Source: Ignavibacteriota bacterium (GTDB lineage: Bacteria; Bacteroidota; Ignavibacteria; UBA10030). From it: a stretch of 64,000 nucleotides of DNA. Made by a program: the position numbers and the translations under genes. This document shows, one piece after another, positions 10,594 through 19,228 of this stretch (its first letter is position 1; each line of letters starts with the position of its first letter). Below the pieces are notes generated by a model. It had not been told where the DNA came from. It searched no databases and worked only from the letters and a program-made list of their open reading frames with translations. Location: the NCBI GenBank assembly GCA_963727825.1, contig CAVSHO010000009.1:864001-928000 (forward strand), in the 5' to 3' direction.

Positions 10594-10977
10594 TTACTTC
10601 TCTAATTTCACCAATACATCTTCTAAAAATTCTTTTACCTCTAACATTTCTTTTCTAATTTCTTCATCTTGAATTTTTTTCTTTTGTGGAATATTGAGAA
10701 GCTCTAGCTGCTCTCCACTATCTGGCTCCGGAATGAATTCTTTCATCACTTGCTTAGCACCTTCAATGGTGTACTTTTCATCACGCAACAATTGTTTAAT
10801 ATGCATGATAAGCTTAATGTCTTTGTTTGTATAAATGCGGTTGCCCGCCCGATTTTTAGCCGGCTTTAGTTCAGGAAATTCAGTTTCCCAGTAGCGTAAA
10901 ACATATTGTTCTAATCCAGTAATTCTACTGACTTCGCTAATAGAATAGTAAAGTTTTTTGATACTAGTATTCTTCAT
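10594..10977 (-). CDS. MerR-family HTH transcriptional regulator
   Basis: YYSISEVS...VLRYWETEF...NRIYT. The ATG at 10977 is preferred over the longer ORF call. Confidence 0.85.
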   Translation of the reverse strand: MKNTSIKKLYYSISEVSRITGLEQYVLRYWETEFPELKPAKNRAGNRIYTNKDIKLIMHIKQLLRDEKYTIEGAKQVMKEFIPEPDSGEQLELLNIPQKKKIQDEEIRKEMLEVKEFLEDVLVKLEK

Positions 10978-11108
10978 TGGCGCCTCATTCAGAGATAGTT
11001 TGATCGATAGGAAATTAGTAAATGTTGCATTGAGTTGCAATATTGGAACCTTTCGGAAGCTGTTTTGAAACCAGGCTGAAAAAACTTCCTAAATATTCCC
11101 ACTTTCGT

Positions 11109-11993
11109 TTATGCAGGCAATTCCGTATGAACATAGCGGTGAAAGTTTTTTGGAAACTTTTTCCGCAACTGCAGGACCATCGCTACGAGAATCTTGAGCG
11201 GTGATGATAAGCGAATACGCCTGGAAAACACGTCATATTGTGCACGCTCAATCCTGAGTAGAAGTAAATAATATATATTCCCCATTGTACGAGCGGCAGT
11301 AAAAAGCGGCTTGTCTTCTTCAGCGAGGCATGACTTAGCGCGGCGAAAATATTCATGAGCGCGGTTGCATTCGAACTTCATCAATTCGACAAATCGTTCA
11401 TTGTATGTGAAGTTCAACAAATCGTCTTCAGAATAATTGAACTTCCGCAAATCTTCTAGCGGCAAATAAATGCGTCCGCGTTTAGCGTCAGATTTAATAT
11501 CTCTTAATATGTTTGTTAATTGTAAGGCAATGCCAAGGTTGATAGCATATTGCTTTGTCTTTTCATTAGTATAACCGAATACTTCCGCGCAAATTAATCC
11601 CACAGTGGAAGCAGCACGGTAGCAGTATTGTTCTAATTCAGAAAATGTGGTGTAGCGTGTGTTTAACAAATCCATTTCCATACCCTTGATCAACTCATAA
11701 AAATATTCAATAGGAATATGAAATCGCTGGATGATGGCAGAAAGTTTATTTAGCAACGAATAATGCGAAATACCGTAGAGCGAGCGCCGCAACTCTTCTG
11801 TCCATTGTAAAAGCAGCGCATACTTTTCTTTCTCGTCCCCTGCTTCATCTACAATGTCGTCGGTGAATCGGCAAAAGGCGTAAATGGTTTCGATGGCGTC
11901 GCGTTTCGGGCGAGGCAAAATTAGGAACGAGTAATAGAAACTACTCTTTCGATTCTGCGAGAAATCCGGTATGACCGATATTGCTGTTTGCAC
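11109..11993 (-). CDS. hpnD: Presqualene diphosphate synthase (squalene/phytoene synthase family)
   Basis: SSFYYSF, DDIVD, LQLTNILRD and GRIYLP motifs. Follows an hpnC-type gene. Confidence 0.8.
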   Translation of the reverse strand: MQTAISVIPDFSQNRKSSFYYSFLILPRPKRDAIETIYAFCRFTDDIVDEAGDEKEKYALLLQWTEELRRSLYGISHYSLLNKLSAIIQRFHIPIEYFYELIKGMEMDLLNTRYTTFSELEQYCYRAASTVGLICAEVFGYTNEKTKQYAINLGIALQLTNILRDIKSDAKRGRIYLPLEDLRKFNYSEDDLLNFTYNERFVELMKFECNRAHEYFRRAKSCLAEEDKPLFTAARTMGNIYYLLLLRIERAQYDVFSRRIRLSSPLKILVAMVLQLRKKFPKNFHRYVHTELPA

Positions 11994-12005
11994 GGTTATA
12001 AGTTA

Positions 12006-12881
12006 CTATAAAAATGAACGAAAGAGAAGTCCCATCTTGTCCAACTTCGATAATGTCGGTCGTTTCGTCAATACGTCATAATTCTGCTCATGAATCTTTT
12101 GTAAGATCCTTGTGCCGCCATTCCAGGTAAGTTTCAATTCCATCGACAGATCTTTGCCAACCATAGTTAAAAGTGGTTTTCCTTCTGCAAAAAGTTCCGC
12201 AGTGCGCCGTACTTGAAACGCCATCAAATTGCAAAAGCAATTATTAACTTTTTGATTAATCAAATCCTGCTCAGAATAACCGAATTCCTCAAATTCTTCT
12301 AAAGGAAGATAAATGCGACCTTTCTGCAAATCCACCGAGACATCCTGCCAAAAGTTTGTTAATTGCAATGCTGTACAAATTGAATCCGAAAATTGCATCA
12401 TCGTTTCGCTGCGATAATTAAGCAGCAGTAAGACCAATCTTCCGATTGGATTGGCTGAGTTGCGGCAGTAAGCAAGCACATCTTCGTACGTTTCGTAACG
12501 TTTAACTGTTATATCCGTTCGGAATGCCGTAAGAAGATTCTGGAAAAGTTCAATTGGAATTTGGAATCGTTCGACTGTTTCAGCAAGTGCGGCAAACACG
12601 CGATGCGTAGGATTGCCGTTATAGCATTCATCAAGGTACTGTTCCCATTGATTCAGGTTATCCATTCGTTCGGCAAGTGTAAAACCCGGCTCATCAGCAT
12701 AATCATCTGCTATACGAGCAAAGGCATAAATTGTCCAGACATATTTTCGTATTTCTTTTGAAATAAAACGGGAAGCAATAGGAAAATTTTCGTAATGACT
12801 GTGAGCAATTGTTTCGCATACGCGGAATCCATCTTCCGACGACCAGTATTTGCCCTTTGTATAAAGTTTTGGATTGTTCAT
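12006..12881 (-). CDS. hpnC: Hydroxysqualene synthase HpnC
   Basis: HYENFPIAS, ADDYADE, SANPIGRLVL and LQLTNFWQD are HpnC signatures. Confidence 0.85.
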   Translation of the reverse strand: MNNPKLYTKGKYWSSEDGFRVCETIAHSHYENFPIASRFISKEIRKYVWTIYAFARIADDYADEPGFTLAERMDNLNQWEQYLDECYNGNPTHRVFAALAETVERFQIPIELFQNLLTAFRTDITVKRYETYEDVLAYCRNSANPIGRLVLLLLNYRSETMMQFSDSICTALQLTNFWQDVSVDLQKGRIYLPLEEFEEFGYSEQDLINQKVNNCFCNLMAFQVRRTAELFAEGKPLLTMVGKDLSMELKLTWNGGTRILQKIHEQNYDVLTKRPTLSKLDKMGLLFRSFL

Positions 12882-12956
12882 TTTTAGGATATTAACGAAA
12901 CGCGCGCGGTGTCCTCTTCTTCCATTAATTCAATATGAAGAATGGTAGCGGGAAAA

Positions 12957-14901
12957 TCAAGCGATTGGGGCAATTCCTTCATCCACTGGAACTGTGTATA
13001 CTTCAATTGGCGTGTTAAGTCCTTTAACGAGAACAGGTTCATGCGGAAGAGTAGGAATTTCGTCTTTGATCAAATCATAGGTCCGTCGGGATATCATAAT
13101 ACCTTCTACCGGAGCATTTGATTCAAGACGGTTAGCAAGATTTACATTCGAACCGAGAACGGTGTAAGCAAGTTTCTTCGGCGTACCCATATTTCCCACT
13201 ACAACTTCACCCGTATTAACGCCAATACGAATTTTTAAAGGGAACAATCCTTCCTTAACCCATTTTTCTTTGAGCTCACGACATTTCTTTTGCATCTCGA
13301 TAGCAGCATTCACACACCGGACGGCATGATCCGGTTGTGGTTCGGGTGCGCCAAAGAAAACCATCAGTCCATCGCCAATGTACTTATCGACTGTTCCTTC
13401 ATACTTGAAGACAATCTGAACCATCGCATCAAAATACTCAGCAAGGAAACTCTGAATTTGATCAGGCGACATCGTTGAAGAATATGTTGTGAAACTCTTG
13501 ATATCTGTGAACATAATTGTCAGTTCTTTTTTTTGAACTTCGAAAATTGACTCAGGATGCGCAAGCTGGCGCTTGACAACAGAAGATGGCAGATACGATT
13601 CAAATGATCTTCGCGTCGCTTCCTTTTCACGTTCTTCATTAATAAAACGGAATACCAGTACACCAAATACAGCCACAACAATGATCATAGCCGGCCGCAC
13701 TATATTGAAAATGAGATTGCCATATATAAATGATAAGGAAGCAACAAAAATATATCCGATAAGTAGAAGCAAAGCACCAACCCAAAGTCCTTGTGAAGAC
13801 AGTTTCAGGGCAAAGAGAGCGACAAAAGCAAGGAGCAATATCTCAACAACCGTCATCTCCAATTCATTCAATTCTCGAAGAAAGTTTTCAGTCAGAATTG
13901 TATGTAAGACATTTGCATGAAGGCCGCTCAGTGGATAATTGTTGTCGGTTGGGACCGGGTGAATATCTGTCGCGCCGGTTGATGCATCTGCCACAACAAC
14001 TAATTTTCCCTGGAACTCCGGTTTCATAGTATATTCCATTGCATCGTGGTCGTCGGATGCACGGTAAATAGTTGCAAGATCATAGTTCACGATTCGTTCC
14101 CAAGGACCGACAAAATTAACAATTATATTGCAGCGGTTATCAATAGGAATGACGATGTTATGCGGCGGGCTGTTTGGACGGTGTGCGCCTTTGAGCGTCA
14201 GATACTTGCCGGGGTGCACGATGATGTTTTTGGGAGATACTTGCAAGAAATCACAAATGGCACTAAAGGCAAAACTTGGAACGAATCCGTCTTCATATCG
14301 TAGCAACAACGGTGCGCGACGGAAAACACCATCCTGATCAAATTGCAATGCGAGTGATCCAAGCCCACGCGCAGAAGATGCAAGCGCTGGAAAGGTAATG
14401 TTTGGGTTTGCTGCAACATACATCGTGCTGATGTCGCCGTCAACCTGGACATCCCATTTTGTTTGATATAAGTAGTCCCATGTAGAGGCAGGTCGAGGCG
14501 GACGCAGCTTTGGTGGTTTATCTTTTAACGCAAAGCCCATGCCAAAATAGACATTCCCTGCCGATCTGTTGCACGCCATAAAGATTGAATCGTCTTCTGT
14601 ATTTATCGGTGCTGCAAAAATAAAGTCCCAGATTTGTACAGCAACACCTAAGTTTCCTAGATTTTGTACTACTTGACCATACTGACGACGGGATAAATAA
14701 GGACTCGCGAGTGTTTGAAGAGGTACTGTCGGTTTGGTTCACAACAATTACCGTGCTGTCGTAAGGGATTCGGGATGGGAAATATTTATACCGGAGAACG
14801 TACAGCTTGTCAACTGACTCTGCGTTCCATGTATCGAACAGTTCTGGAAGTAAATAGAATAGCAGATGTACGAAGAGAAAAGAGGACACGATGATGATCA
14901 T
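12957..14901 (-). CDS. CHASE2-domain membrane adenylate cyclase (class III), split by one indel near 14721
   Basis: Joining ORFs 14518-14985 and 12957-14579 gives an N-terminal TM, CHASE2 (WDFIF, DQDGVFRR, GLHANVLHTIL), 3 TM helices and a cyclase domain (FTDIKSFT, DKYIGDG, GSNVNLANRLE). Confidence 0.85.
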
Positions 14902-14923
14902 CGTGTCCCTCAATGTTCGTTTT

Positions 14924-15619
14924 TTACTGGTGGTCAATAGTAATGGTTTTGCTATAGAAGTTATTGGCGCTGATCTGCGTGGCAATGGTTGCTACATCGG
15001 GACGGCGTGCACCCTCCACCTTCTCTGTTCCGCGTATGTTGCCTCCTATGGTTAGCGGTTTTTCGGCAATTGTTGCATAGGTTGTGTAACGTTTCCTCAC
15101 ACTGCGAATTAGAGATACGATATCAGTGGCTATTGGCTGCCTCTTAGAAGTATCGGCAGAAAAATAATTGCCAAGTTTTACTTCCAGATCAAGCAAACGC
15201 TCGCTGGAGGCAATGAGAAAGAAAACTTCCTTACCAGTATTTTTATCAAATTCCCTCCAACTGCGGCCTTTAGGAATGTAGTAATTTTTATCGACTGTGT
15301 AGTCGGCTTGGAACTGACGTATCTCATAAGGGAAGAGCAAATTTATTTCACCCCTTGAATCCTGGTGAATAACATAAACAAAACAGTCCTTTGTCAGTTT
15401 CACCAGCATTTTTATTTCCTCTCCGCTCTTCAAAGTTGTATCATGCATAATGGAAACCATTGACTTGCTTTTACCCGCAAGTGCGCCAAATGCCCAATTA
15501 AATCCAATGTTGGCTTCATTTTGTTGAACCAGTAAAACGGCCGGCGCCGGTTGTTTACCGGATCGAAATCCGACTGCGAAACAACCCAATAAAACTACAA
15601 AAAGAATGAAGTAACGCAT
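14924..15619 (-). CDS. Exported DUF4384-like protein
   Basis: Signal peptide (possible LLGC lipobox). L+SGE.I....K..KDCFVYVI.QDS.G.I.LLFP...GKEVFFLIAS pattern. Confidence 0.7.
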   Translation of the reverse strand: MRYFILFVVLLGCFAVGFRSGKQPAPAVLLVQQNEANIGFNWAFGALAGKSKSMVSIMHDTTLKSGEEIKMLVKLTKDCFVYVIHQDSRGEINLLFPYEIRQFQADYTVDKNYYIPKGRSWREFDKNTGKEVFFLIASSERLLDLEVKLGNYFSADTSKRQPIATDIVSLIRSVRKRYTTYATIAEKPLTIGGNIRGTEKVEGARRPDVATIATQISANNFYSKTITIDHQ

Positions 15620-15643
15620 ACTTGATATCCTTTCTTCATTTAT

Positions 15644-18067
15644 TCAATGAGGGACAGTTGCAATAGTCATTTCTTTATCGTATTCCGTCTGACTCCGCGT
15701 TGGATTTTGAGCACCGTGTGTCTTGCGTTTGACCTGCTCTTCCACGTACCGCATTAATTCATTGATTGTCACAGTGTAGTCGTTATCATAATCCGCTTTG
15801 CCTTCCAAACCTTCCAGTAAATAATAAGTGAATACGCCATGACCCATGTCTGGGAATTCCTGTGACACTTCACCTGCAGCGCTCGCAGTGAACACTACAA
15901 TACCTTCTTTCGTTTTCGATAGGTCTGCGAGATATTGATTTACCAAATTGGGTTCCGAGCTTCCCAAGCCGCGCGTGGCAAAGTTGACGCTGATGCCGCC
16001 GCTGTGGCAAGCATCGGTAAACACAACAACACGCTTAGCGCTGATGTACCGCGCTAACACCGTTTGAATATCCCACATAGGAAAGGCTGTCATTCCCAAT
16101 GCCATCGGATCGCTGTCATAGGTTAACAAGTACATATTCTGAGGACGCGCTGGCTCTGGTGCACCATGACCGGCGAAATATATAATTACAAGATCTATAT
16201 CGATTGCCTGGTTAAGAAAATTGATCAAACTCTCTCTTATATTCGCAAGAGTGGCATCTTTGTTTAACAACACACGTATGTGGTCAGAATCGTAGCCTCC
16301 GCCTTCCGGCCTGCGCAAAAAGTTTGCGAGCGCTTCCGCATCCTTATCGGCATATTTTAAACTTGGAATTCCAGGATTCTTGTATTCCGAAACACCAACC
16401 ACTACTGCCCATGATTGCGGACCGGAACCAGCAACACGTTCTTTCTTGACGCCAGAGTTAAGAGATGGCGTACTTCCGAGAATTGATACTTTTCTATTAA
16501 TGCCGATCGTTTTGGAAAATTTTTCACCACTTTTACTTGTAATAGAAAGTTGAATCTGATTATAGCCCGCAACCAGCGGTACTTCATCTGCAATTACGTC
16601 GCCTGCTACTTTGAATTCCGGCACTTGACCATTTACAATATCAACCATATTTACGGAAATCGAATATGAAGCAACATCAAACCATGTTCTGAATTTTACA
16701 GGAGTAGACATCGATTCCGTTTCTGAATTGACGAGCGGATATTCCACCTCCACTGCCTGATCATTTGAAAGGCGCTGAACAAATCCACTTTGGCTGACGG
16801 AGTGTTTTGCATTGTCTTCAACTTTAATTTCAAACGGAATCAGACCAACCGAATCCAATTTCAATACTGTGCTAAAGCGCTTGATGGCTTTCATTCCTGC
16901 CGGAACCTTGACAATATCTTTTGCGGTGAGCTCCGACAGTATAAGTGGCTTTCCATTGAATGTTGCTTCTTTCAACCCGGAATCATCAAATACAACGCCA
17001 CGGATTTCATATTTTCCGCCAAATACTTTGGCTATAGTTGTACTATCGGCGGTATTTTCCAGAATAATTCCAGGATTTGTCGTATCAGGCGGGGCTAAGA
17101 CAATTTTCCAACTTTTCAGTTTGCCCTTACTTGTGCTAGTAAGAAGTGTTTCATCATTCAAGAAAGCTGCATAAGTGGTACGGCCATCGCGCTCAATCAT
17201 TGTCTTGACGGTAGATAACGTTATAAGATCATAGAACCTAAGGGAACTGTCAGCAGCTGCAGAAACAAGCCAACGCGATTTCGGATCAAATGACACAGAG
17301 GCAATCATGCCTCTTTGATTGTACCTTAATTTTAAGTCACCTGTTTGTGCATCCCATAGGTATACACTTCCATCAACCGCGCCGGCGGCAAGAAATTTTC
17401 CATCAGCACTATAAGTAATTGTTGAAATTTTATCTTTGCTGTCGATGAAAGTTTTTTGAAGCTCTAATTTTGCAATAGCATAAATTTGAATCTTGCCCGT
17501 AGACAAGCCAACTGCAAAATACTTTGCGCTTGGATGAACAGCCATCGTTGTTACATTTTCTTGAAAATCTGGTAACGATCCTAGCTCATTACCGTTAACA
17601 ATTTCTGTAATGATTACCTTTTTGTCGAGACCGGAAGAAAATATCCAATTCTCCCCCTGGAACGCTATTGATGTAATTTCAAGTGAATGAAGGGATAGTT
17701 TTTTTAGATCGTTTGGAGCATTTATGTTGAATAAGTACGCATTTCCATCTACAGCCCCGAGTGCCAGTGTTTGTCCTGAGGCGGAAAACGATAATGAATT
17801 CACGTATACCGGTATGGAGACAAATATCGGTTTTTCTCTCAATGCTGGGATATCATAGAGTTTAACTTTGCCCTCCGAAGTAAGAATTCCGAGCAAGTTT
17901 GCCTTCAATGAAACCGCACAGAAATCAATAGAATTTTTTACGGCATCTACGGATTGAAGCTGCTCTATATACAATTCCTGTTGCGAGTAGGAAATGGATG
18001 TGGCTATAATTACTGCTAACAACACGCAGAGAACAAGTCTTCGTTCCATGATAAACTCCATCTTCAT
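15644..18067 (-). CDS. Exported WD40-repeat + Ig-like + caspase-family (peptidase C14) protein
   Basis: Signal peptide (start possibly at 18049), WD40 repeats and beta-sandwich linkers. C14 motifs WAVVVGVSEY, FAGHG, DACHSG, GHGVFT and QNP. Confidence 0.9.
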   Translation of the reverse strand: MKMEFIMERRLVLCVLLAVIIATSISYSQQELYIEQLQSVDAVKNSIDFCAVSLKANLLGILTSEGKVKLYDIPALREKPIFVSIPVYVNSLSFSASGQTLALGAVDGNAYLFNINAPNDLKKLSLHSLEITSIAFQGENWIFSSGLDKKVIITEIVNGNELGSLPDFQENVTTMAVHPSAKYFAVGLSTGKIQIYAIAKLELQKTFIDSKDKISTITYSADGKFLAAGAVDGSVYLWDAQTGDLKLRYNQRGMIASVSFDPKSRWLVSAAADSSLRFYDLITLSTVKTMIERDGRTTYAAFLNDETLLTSTSKGKLKSWKIVLAPPDTTNPGIILENTADSTTIAKVFGGKYEIRGVVFDDSGLKEATFNGKPLILSELTAKDIVKVPAGMKAIKRFSTVLKLDSVGLIPFEIKVEDNAKHSVSQSGFVQRLSNDQAVEVEYPLVNSETESMSTPVKFRTWFDVASYSISVNMVDIVNGQVPEFKVAGDVIADEVPLVAGYNQIQLSITSKSGEKFSKTIGINRKVSILGSTPSLNSGVKKERVAGSGPQSWAVVVGVSEYKNPGIPSLKYADKDAEALANFLRRPEGGGYDSDHIRVLLNKDATLANIRESLINFLNQAIDIDLVIIYFAGHGAPEPARPQNMYLLTYDSDPMALGMTAFPMWDIQTVLARYISAKRVVVFTDACHSGGISVNFATRGLGSSEPNLVNQYLADLSKTKEGIVVFTASAAGEVSQEFPDMGHGVFTYYLLEGLEGKADYDNDYTVTINELMRYVEEQVKRKTHGAQNPTRSQTEYDKEMTIATVPH

Positions 18068-18071
18068 TTAC

Positions 18072-18118
18072 GACACGCAAAATAATGGTTAGCACACAAA
18101 CATCATGTGTTGCGTGTC
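18072..18118. promoter_or_regulatory. 9-bp inverted repeat immediately upstream of the caspase gene
   Basis: GACACGCAA (18072-18080) / TTGCGTGTC (18110-18118). Confidence 0.35.
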
Positions 18119-18329
18119 AAAAGCTAAGAGATACAACTATTAACCGACTAGAAAATCAAAATGTAATTTCAATAAATGAATTCTTGCATGCAACGGAAAT
18201 ATTATAGGATTTTTCTGATAGATTGCCTTATTTTTCTAAACGAATGGTCGATATTTTTCGAGTGAATGTCAAGCAACGTTCGTTTCCCCATGAATCCTGT
18301 CTTTTTGAAATTATTTACAATTGTCGTGA

Positions 18330-18638
18330 TCATAACTTCATAAAAAGATTGAGCAAACGTGCGCGAATGCTTTTATCAAGAAGAGTTACCTCTGGATTGG
18401 ATTCAAGTCCATAGATGATATCGTCGATTGATGAAATTGGAGTTTTTACTTTTAAATTATGACGAAGAAAATCCCGCAAGCGGTTGAGAAATAGAAGCAG
18501 TTAATCTGCATGTGCTAGGATTTCAGAATCATCTGCGTTCGATATTATTGTTCTAAATGTTGAAGCTTGATGAACAAATTTGCTTGCCAGCACTTCTCTA
18601 TCTCTGTTTTTTCCACAAAGATTTAAATGTGCTTTCAT
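18330..18638 (-). pseudogene. Possible degraded small gene (103-codon frame with one internal TAA at 18501-18503)
   Basis: Reads ...SEILAHAD*LLLFLNRLRDFLRHNLKVKTPISSIDDIIYGLESNPEVTLLDKSIRARLLNLFMKL*. Protein-like, but I do not recognise a family. Confidence 0.25.
18593..18613. repeat. 21-bp direct repeat of the rarA stop-codon region (other copy 19224-19244)
   Basis: CTTCTCTATCTCTGTTTTTTC is identical at both sites, which bracket the GNAT gene. Confidence 0.8.
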
Positions 18639-18639
18639 T

Positions 18640-19203
18640 TTAATTTGGTAGATTCGTATTTGTATTGAGTGGTTTTATGCCAGGATTTTGCGTAAGAAGT
18701 TCTTTTTTATCCAGCAATAAAAGTTCCCAATACTCCACATCTATCCAGTGATTCAACTTGTATCCGACTTTCCTGAGGTGGCCCACCTTTTCAAATCCGA
18801 AAGATCTATGTAGCTGTACACTGGGTACGTTTGGCACGGCAATAATACTCACTAGCGCGGCATATCCCAGTTTTTTCATATCATCAATCAGTTGTGTAAA
18901 TAACACTTTACCGGATCCACTGCGCGTATACTTGTGATCAATAAAAATCGTAATCTCGCTGGTGTATTTATATGCAGAACGTTCGACAAACTCCGATGCG
19001 TACGCATATCCGATAACATTGCCATCAATTTCGGAAACATACCACGGATAAAACGGCGTGTATTTTCGTATACGCTGAAGGACATTCTCTTCGCTAAGCA
19101 TGTCGGTCTCAAATGTCATGACCGTGTTGGCTATGTAATAATTGTAGATATCGCGTATTCTGGCGGCATCCGATGATGTTACTTTTCGGATGTGTATATG
19201 CAT
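18640..19203 (-). CDS. GNAT N-acetyltransferase, phosphinothricin/methionine-sulfoximine acetyltransferase-like
   Basis: IYNYYIANTVMTFE, RSAYKYTSE, PNVPSVQLH and VGYKLNHWID. Confidence 0.88.
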   Translation of the reverse strand: MHIHIRKVTSSDAARIRDIYNYYIANTVMTFETDMLSEENVLQRIRKYTPFYPWYVSEIDGNVIGYAYASEFVERSAYKYTSEITIFIDHKYTRSGSGKVLFTQLIDDMKKLGYAALVSIIAVPNVPSVQLHRSFGFEKVGHLRKVGYKLNHWIDVEYWELLLLDKKELLTQNPGIKPLNTNTNLPN

Positions 19204-19228
19204 ATTTAGTTCTCCTGTAAGAGCTTCT

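Noticed and set aside
10594-10977. MerR gene next to isoprenoid synthases as a CarH/LitR light sensor
   Set aside because: Only 127 aa with no B12-binding domain. It looks like the common stand-alone MerR-HTH family.
15644-18067. Caspase as part of a gasdermin, CRISPR or CBASS-type suicide defence system
   Set aside because: No gasdermin, NLR/STAND, Cas or CD-NTase gene is nearby, and the protease carries an export signal.
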